Below, one piece after another: positions 59,913 to 64,000 of a DNA stretch of 64,000 nt. Positions within the stretch are counted from its first letter, which is position 1. Each line of letters opens with the position of its first letter. The position numbers and the translations under genes are program-made. This stretch comes from an uncultured delta proteobacterium (GTDB taxonomy: Bacteria; Desulfobacterota; Binatia; Binatales; Binataceae), in contig CAWJET010000001.1 in the NCBI GenBank assembly GCA_963842085.1, positions 640,001 through 704,000 of the forward strand, written 5' to 3'. Under the pieces are notes generated by a model, which saw nothing but the letters and a program-made list of their open reading frames with translations, had not been told where the DNA came from and searched no databases.

Positions 59913-59934
59913 GGAGCGGTGTTACAGTCGCTCC
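59913..59934 (-). terminator. Intergenic hairpin between cupredoxin gene and coxII
   Basis: GGAGCG-N10-CGCTCC with additional outer pairing. Confidence 0.35.
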
Positions 59935-59978
59935 ATACCCCGGACATTGAGCCCAGACCTCACTCTTAGCCCGAGCGC

Positions 59979-60683
59979 TTAGCCCTTCGGCTTCATTGAG
60001 AAATTGGCGGTCGCCGTCGCGCCGTCTTTCACGTCAACTTTCTGATTCTCCGTGCCAAGCTTCTCCTGCCACACTTCCACCGTATAGTCACCCGGCGGCA
60101 CATCCTTGATCTCGTAGTTGCCCTTGTCGTCGGTCACCGCGAAGTACGGGGTGTCGGTCGCGACCCACCACCCGCGCATCCAGCTATGCGCATCGCAGGT
60201 GACCTTGATCACTTCGGGCTGATCGATCTTATGCTTGATCTCTTTCTTGAACTTGGGCTGAGCCGTGTTGAACGACGGATTCGCGGTCGAATAGGTGTGG
60301 ATGTTGTGCAGAATCCCGTCTGAGTTGATGATGTCCACGGTGCTGCCGGCCGGGAACGCGAGCACGTGTGGCACGTAGTCGCATCCCTTCTGGTCGAACT
60401 TCACTTCGGCGGGCTTCAGCTCGCCCTTGGCGCCTTTCACGACCACCACTGCGTTCGCGATTCCGCCGCTGGGATCAACGATCAAATCCTCGGTGAAGTG
60501 CGGATGGAGACCGCAGACGTCCTTATCCTTGGTCACCTCGACCGGCTTGCGTGCGGGCGGCGTGCCGTCGTACTTGACGATTCCGCTGATCGTGCCGCCG
60601 GCGGCGCTCACGAGGCTGGCGCTAACGCTGAGGCTGAGCGCGATTCCCGCACACGCCGCCAGTACAAGTGGAAGCTTTTTCAT
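59979..60683 (-). CDS. Periplasmic cupredoxin-like protein with carboxypeptidase-regulatory-like domain
   Basis: Signal peptide; DQKGC.Y.PHV, N.D..LHNIH, CDAHSWM, TDDKG.Y.I..VPPG.Y. Confidence 0.85.
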   Translation of the reverse strand: MKKLPLVLAACAGIALSLSVSASLVSAAGGTISGIVKYDGTPPARKPVEVTKDKDVCGLHPHFTEDLIVDPSGGIANAVVVVKGAKGELKPAEVKFDQKGCDYVPHVLAFPAGSTVDIINSDGILHNIHTYSTANPSFNTAQPKFKKEIKHKIDQPEVIKVTCDAHSWMRGWWVATDTPYFAVTDDKGNYEIKDVPPGDYTVEVWQEKLGTENQKVDVKDGATATANFSMKPKG

Positions 60684-60724
60684 TAGCACTCCTCCTGCGA
60701 AATCATTCGTATTTCTCACGTCGC

Positions 60725-61423
60725 CTAGATCTTCGGATCGGTGTGCGCGAGCAGCTCGCGCATCTCGCGCATAATCCTGCCATAGTCGGGCTTGCCGAAG
60801 ATTCCCGAGCCTGAGACGAACACGTTGGCGCCGGCAGCCTTGACGTCCGCGATATTGTCGAGCTTCACGCCGCCGTCGATCTCGACGTCGAGACTGAGTC
60901 CGCGCCGCTTCAACTCGCGCCGGACGTAGCGCAACTTGTCCAGCGCGGCCGGGATAAACTCCTGGCCGCCGAATCCCGGGTGCACGCTCATCACAAGGAT
61001 CATGTCGAGATGCTCGGCAAAGGGCAGCACGCGGCCGGCGTCGGTCTCGGGATTGATTCCCACTGACGCGCGTGCGCCGAGGTCATGGATTCGCTTGGCC
61101 ATCGCGGGAATGTCGGGGCAGACCTCGCAATGCACCGAAATTGAATTGGCGCCCGCCTTCACAAAGGCTTCGACGTAGCGCGCCGGCTCGGAGATCATCA
61201 GGTGCGCGTCGAGCGGAAGTTTCGTAATCTTGCGGACCGCTCCCAGCACCGGAATTCCAATCGAGAGGTTGGGCACGAAGTGCCCGTCCATCACGTCGAA
61301 ATGAATCAAGTCAGCGCCCGCCTGCTCGACCGCGCGAATTTCCTCGCCCAGCCGCGCGAAGTCAGCGGACAGTATCGACGGCGCGAGTCTGTCAACAGGA
61401 TCCGCGTTGGAGGACTTGTTCAT
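60725..61423 (-). CDS. rpe: Ribulose-phosphate 3-epimerase
   Basis: APSILSADF, HFDVMDGHFVPN, DAHLM, MSVHPGFGGQ, IDGG. Confidence 0.98.
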   Translation of the reverse strand: MNKSSNADPVDRLAPSILSADFARLGEEIRAVEQAGADLIHFDVMDGHFVPNLSIGIPVLGAVRKITKLPLDAHLMISEPARYVEAFVKAGANSISVHCEVCPDIPAMAKRIHDLGARASVGINPETDAGRVLPFAEHLDMILVMSVHPGFGGQEFIPAALDKLRYVRRELKRRGLSLDVEIDGGVKLDNIADVKAAGANVFVSGSGIFGKPDYGRIMREMRELLAHTDPKI

Positions 61424-61493
61424 CGGCTTTTGATCGCGTCAGGCTACTCTTTCGCTGCCTGACTGCTTCAACTGCGGCTACCAGGCGCGCGGA

Positions 61494-62489
61494 TCAGACC
61501 TTGTCGAGCACCATCGCCAGCAGCACCACCGGCAGGTACGCAAGCGAAACCTTCATGACTCGCTGCGCCGCGGCGGCACTGGTGGAACCTCCCAGCACGA
61601 GTTGCAGGCAACGAAATAGCAACACCGCTCCAAGTACAACGGCGACCGGCACGTAAAGGAGTCCGGCAAACCTCATCAGGGCCGGCATCAGACCAACCAG
61701 GAGCAACGCCAAGGCCGCCGCTACAGTCAGTAAATTGGCGGGGTCGCCATAGCGGCCCCGCTCCGGCAGCATGTGGATACCTGCGCGCGCATAGTCGCGT
61801 CGATAGAGGCGCGCGATCGAGAGCGAATGCGGCAACTGCCACAGGAACATGATGGCGAAAAGTATCAGCGGCTCGCCGCCCAGGCCGTTGCGCGCCGCCG
61901 CCCAGCCGATCACCGGCGGCAGAGCGCCGGGAACCGCGCCAATGACGTGGCAGAGCCAGGTGACTCGCTTCATCGGGGTGTATGCACCCAGATAAAGCGC
62001 CGCGATGGCGCCGGTAACCATTGCGCTCAGCGGATTGACTTTCAACCAAAGATATAAAATCCCGGCGAGCGCGGTAACCACGCCGAACATCAGCGCGTCG
62101 ATCGGCCGCAACCGGCCTGAAGGCAGCGGCCGATGGCGCGTCCGCTCCATCCGGGCGTCCGTGTCGCGCTCGGCGTATTCGTTCAGCGCCAGCGTTCCGC
62201 CGGCCGCCAATGCGGTGCCGATCACCAGGTTAAGCGCCAGCACGAACCCGAACTGCTCGCCGCTTCCCATGTAGAAGCCCGCGAGCGTGGTGATAAGCAC
62301 CATCGTGAGCACGCGCGGCTTGGCCAATTCGAAATAGGCGGCTGCGTACTCGCTCACCGACGGCGCGGCACACAGTGCCACCTCTTCCACCGTCGCGGCT
62401 TTCAGGTTCAGGCGCTGAGAGGGCGTTATAGTTCCCGCCCCCTCAGTGAGCGATGCCAATCGTTCCGACGCTGGAAGGTTCTGGAACAC
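61494..62489 (-). CDS. cyoE: Protoheme IX farnesyltransferase (heme o synthase)
   Basis: LAKPR, N...E.D.D..M.RT..RPLPSG, YTPMKR, WQLPH; start uncertain. Confidence 0.95.
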   Translation of the reverse strand: MFQNLPASERLASLTEGAGTITPSQRLNLKAATVEEVALCAAPSVSEYAAAYFELAKPRVLTMVLITTLAGFYMGSGEQFGFVLALNLVIGTALAAGGTLALNEYAERDTDARMERTRHRPLPSGRLRPIDALMFGVVTALAGILYLWLKVNPLSAMVTGAIAALYLGAYTPMKRVTWLCHVIGAVPGALPPVIGWAAARNGLGGEPLILFAIMFLWQLPHSLSIARLYRRDYARAGIHMLPERGRYGDPANLLTVAAALALLLVGLMPALMRFAGLLYVPVAVVLGAVLLFRCLQLVLGGSTSAAAAQRVMKVSLAYLPVVLLAMVLDKV

Positions 62490-62493
62490 GCCG

Positions 62494-62793
62494 TTAACGC
62501 GCCGTCTTCAGATACTCCAATATTGCATCCTCATCGTGCGGCGGCAGGTTCTCCATCGTGCGCATATGCATGATGATTTGATCCCACTGGTACGGAGCGA
62601 ACTCGGCGGGATTTCGAGCGTTGTGACAGTGGTTGCAATAGATTGGCCACAACGCCTGGCCCTCGTGGAACAGCTCAAGATGCCGCTTTTGCTGTTCCGG
62701 AGTGGGCCCCGTCGGGCCTGCAGCCTGCGCGCCCACCGCAGCAGCCAGCAGCACGAGCGACATCATTCCGGCCTTGGCAATCAGTGATTTCAT
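62494..62793 (-). CDS. Small monoheme cytochrome c
   Basis: Signal peptide; CNHCHNAR.P.E....QW..I..HMR. Confidence 0.85.
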   Translation of the reverse strand: MKSLIAKAGMMSLVLLAAAVGAQAAGPTGPTPEQQKRHLELFHEGQALWPIYCNHCHNARNPAEFAPYQWDQIIMHMRTMENLPPHDEDAILEYLKTAR

Positions 62794-62814
62794 CGTCGTC
62801 GGCCTCTTCAAGGT

Positions 62815-64000
62815 TCAGAAACCAATTGATAGCTGCGTCATCACCGCGACATCGTTCGCCGTTGCGTTGATGCCGGTCGCGGTCGGGGTGGAGGCCGATC
62901 CTACGAAGTTGTAGAGCGTCCCGCCCCTTTCCGGAAGCTCCCAGTCAACCTCGGACTGCCAGACAATCGATGGCGCTATCCAGTAGTCGAGCGCCAGGGC
63001 GACCTCGCGCGCGTGCGGGCTATAGACGGAGGGCGATCCGTTGAAAGTGAAAATCGGTACGGGGCTGATGTCGTTCGCCAGAATGGCACGTTGATTCACG
63101 CCCGAGTAGCGCACCAGGAATTCAGTCTTGTCGAACCTCTGCTCCAGAAAGTCTCCAAGGTAGGGATGCGGAATGCCATAGAGGAAGTAACCGAACATCG
63201 CATACCAGCCCTCCCGGTTCTCATGCCCGCAGCAACCGGGATACATAGCCGCTCCCGTAAGCGAGGGCATTTGACGGTAGGTCTGCGCCCACTCGCCTCG
63301 GGTGCGGAACGGTCCGACGCGATAGGCGTAGCCCACGTCCCAGGCGTTGTACCAGAGCCCGTCGAGCCACTTGCCATTGTAGGTTGACGCCATCAGTTCA
63401 AGCCGTCCCCAATCCGCGCTGATGGGTATCGGGAACAGCCTGAAGCGCGCACCGAAACCCTTGCCATTCGTCGCAATGTTAGTACCGGTGAGCGGATTGA
63501 GTGCCTCACCGATTACCGGGTTGGGAATCGCATCCACGCCGGGCGACGATTCGAAACTCGGCCCGGAATCAATCCATACAGTGTAGTCAACGTCCTGCCC
63601 CATCTTTCCCCACTGGATACCGCCGCGCGCCTGCAGTCCCATAGCCGAGGGGGGAGCGATCGATTCAGCACCGAACATCAGCGGCGCCGTTATGAAAGGA
63701 TTGATCCAGCTGGGGCTCTGGTCCTCGAACCAGTCTCCTAAGGGCGTGTCGAACACCCCGACGAGCAGTTCCAGAGGAAACTCCTGTCCAGCCGGAAAGA
63801 TCTGAAGATTGGCGAGGCTTGGACCCACGTCGGAAATTCCACCCGGTTGGAGGGTAGCGCCGATGCTGCCGTAGAACTGGATCCAGTCATTAAGCCTGAG
63901 CATCGGGTTAACTTCGAAGTCAAGCACCGGTTGATTCATCGCGGCTTCGCGGTCGAAGTAGAAGCCGGCAGAGACGCCACCAACCATCGTGAAGGTATGT
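62815..64000 (-). CDS. Outer-membrane porin-like beta-barrel (5' end outside the window)
   Basis: Alternating amphipathic strands, terminal TQLSIGF; frame open to the window edge. Confidence 0.75.
   Translation of the reverse strand, partial: HTFTMVGGVSAGFYFDREAAMNQPVLDFEVNPMLRLNDWIQFYGSIGATLQPGGISDVGPSLANLQIFPAGQEFPLELLVGVFDTPLGDWFEDQSPSWINPFITAPLMFGAESIAPPSAMGLQARGGIQWGKMGQDVDYTVWIDSGPSFESSPGVDAIPNPVIGEALNPLTGTNIATNGKGFGARFRLFPIPISADWGRLELMASTYNGKWLDGLWYNAWDVGYAYRVGPFRTRGEWAQTYRQMPSLTGAAMYPGCCGHENREGWYAMFGYFLYGIPHPYLGDFLEQRFDKTEFLVRYSGVNQRAILANDISPVPIFTFNGSPSVYSPHAREVALALDYWIAPSIVWQSEVDWELPERGGTLYNFVGSASTPTATGINATANDVAVMTQLSIGF

Overview
GC-rich bacterial chromosomal window with about 75 real CDS. 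No rRNA, tRNA, CRISPR array or transposase was seen. Protein style suggests a Deltaproteobacteria-related lineage such as Ca. Binatota (inference only). It reads as a chemolithoautotrophy and redox-gradient island. (1) 0.1-8.7 kb: stress genes (K+ channel, Hsp20, USPs, DksA/TraR, CoA-transferase, CBS) with several sigma-54 promoters, plus a sulfatase and a PhyH-family dioxygenase. (2) 8.9-18.0 kb: a complete gas-vesicle operon carrying a CDC48/p97-type ATPase and an Hsp20/GvpH. (3) 18.3-23.0 kb: OsmC, DUF3419-like, DoxX, SRPBCC and UbiB. (4) 23.0-46.7 kb: one co-directional 24-gene run joining a membrane-bound group 1 [NiFe]-hydrogenase and its hyp genes directly to an MtrA/MtoA-MtrB/MtoB porin-cytochrome conduit. 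The run also contains a stand-alone HypX-C-like crotonase, two paralogous multiheme cytochromes with long CXnCH motifs, a NapC/NrfH-type tetraheme and a split CbcL-like 11-heme/cytochrome b pair. (5) 46.9-51.2 kb: Crp/Fnr, USP, CBS and an S74-chaperone fibre protein. (6) 51.8-57.8 kb: Calvin-cycle operon glpX-prk-cbbA-cbbLS(red type)-cbbX. (7) 57.9-64 kb: porin, cytochrome c, cyoE, rpe, a cupredoxin, a CoxII-cytochrome c fusion and a NirK-like protein that has lost its catalytic type-2 Cu ligands. Best novelty candidates: the hydrogenase/extracellular-electron-transfer super-operon, the half-HypX, and the CoxII/pseudo-NirK copper module. All calls come from motif reading, not database searches.
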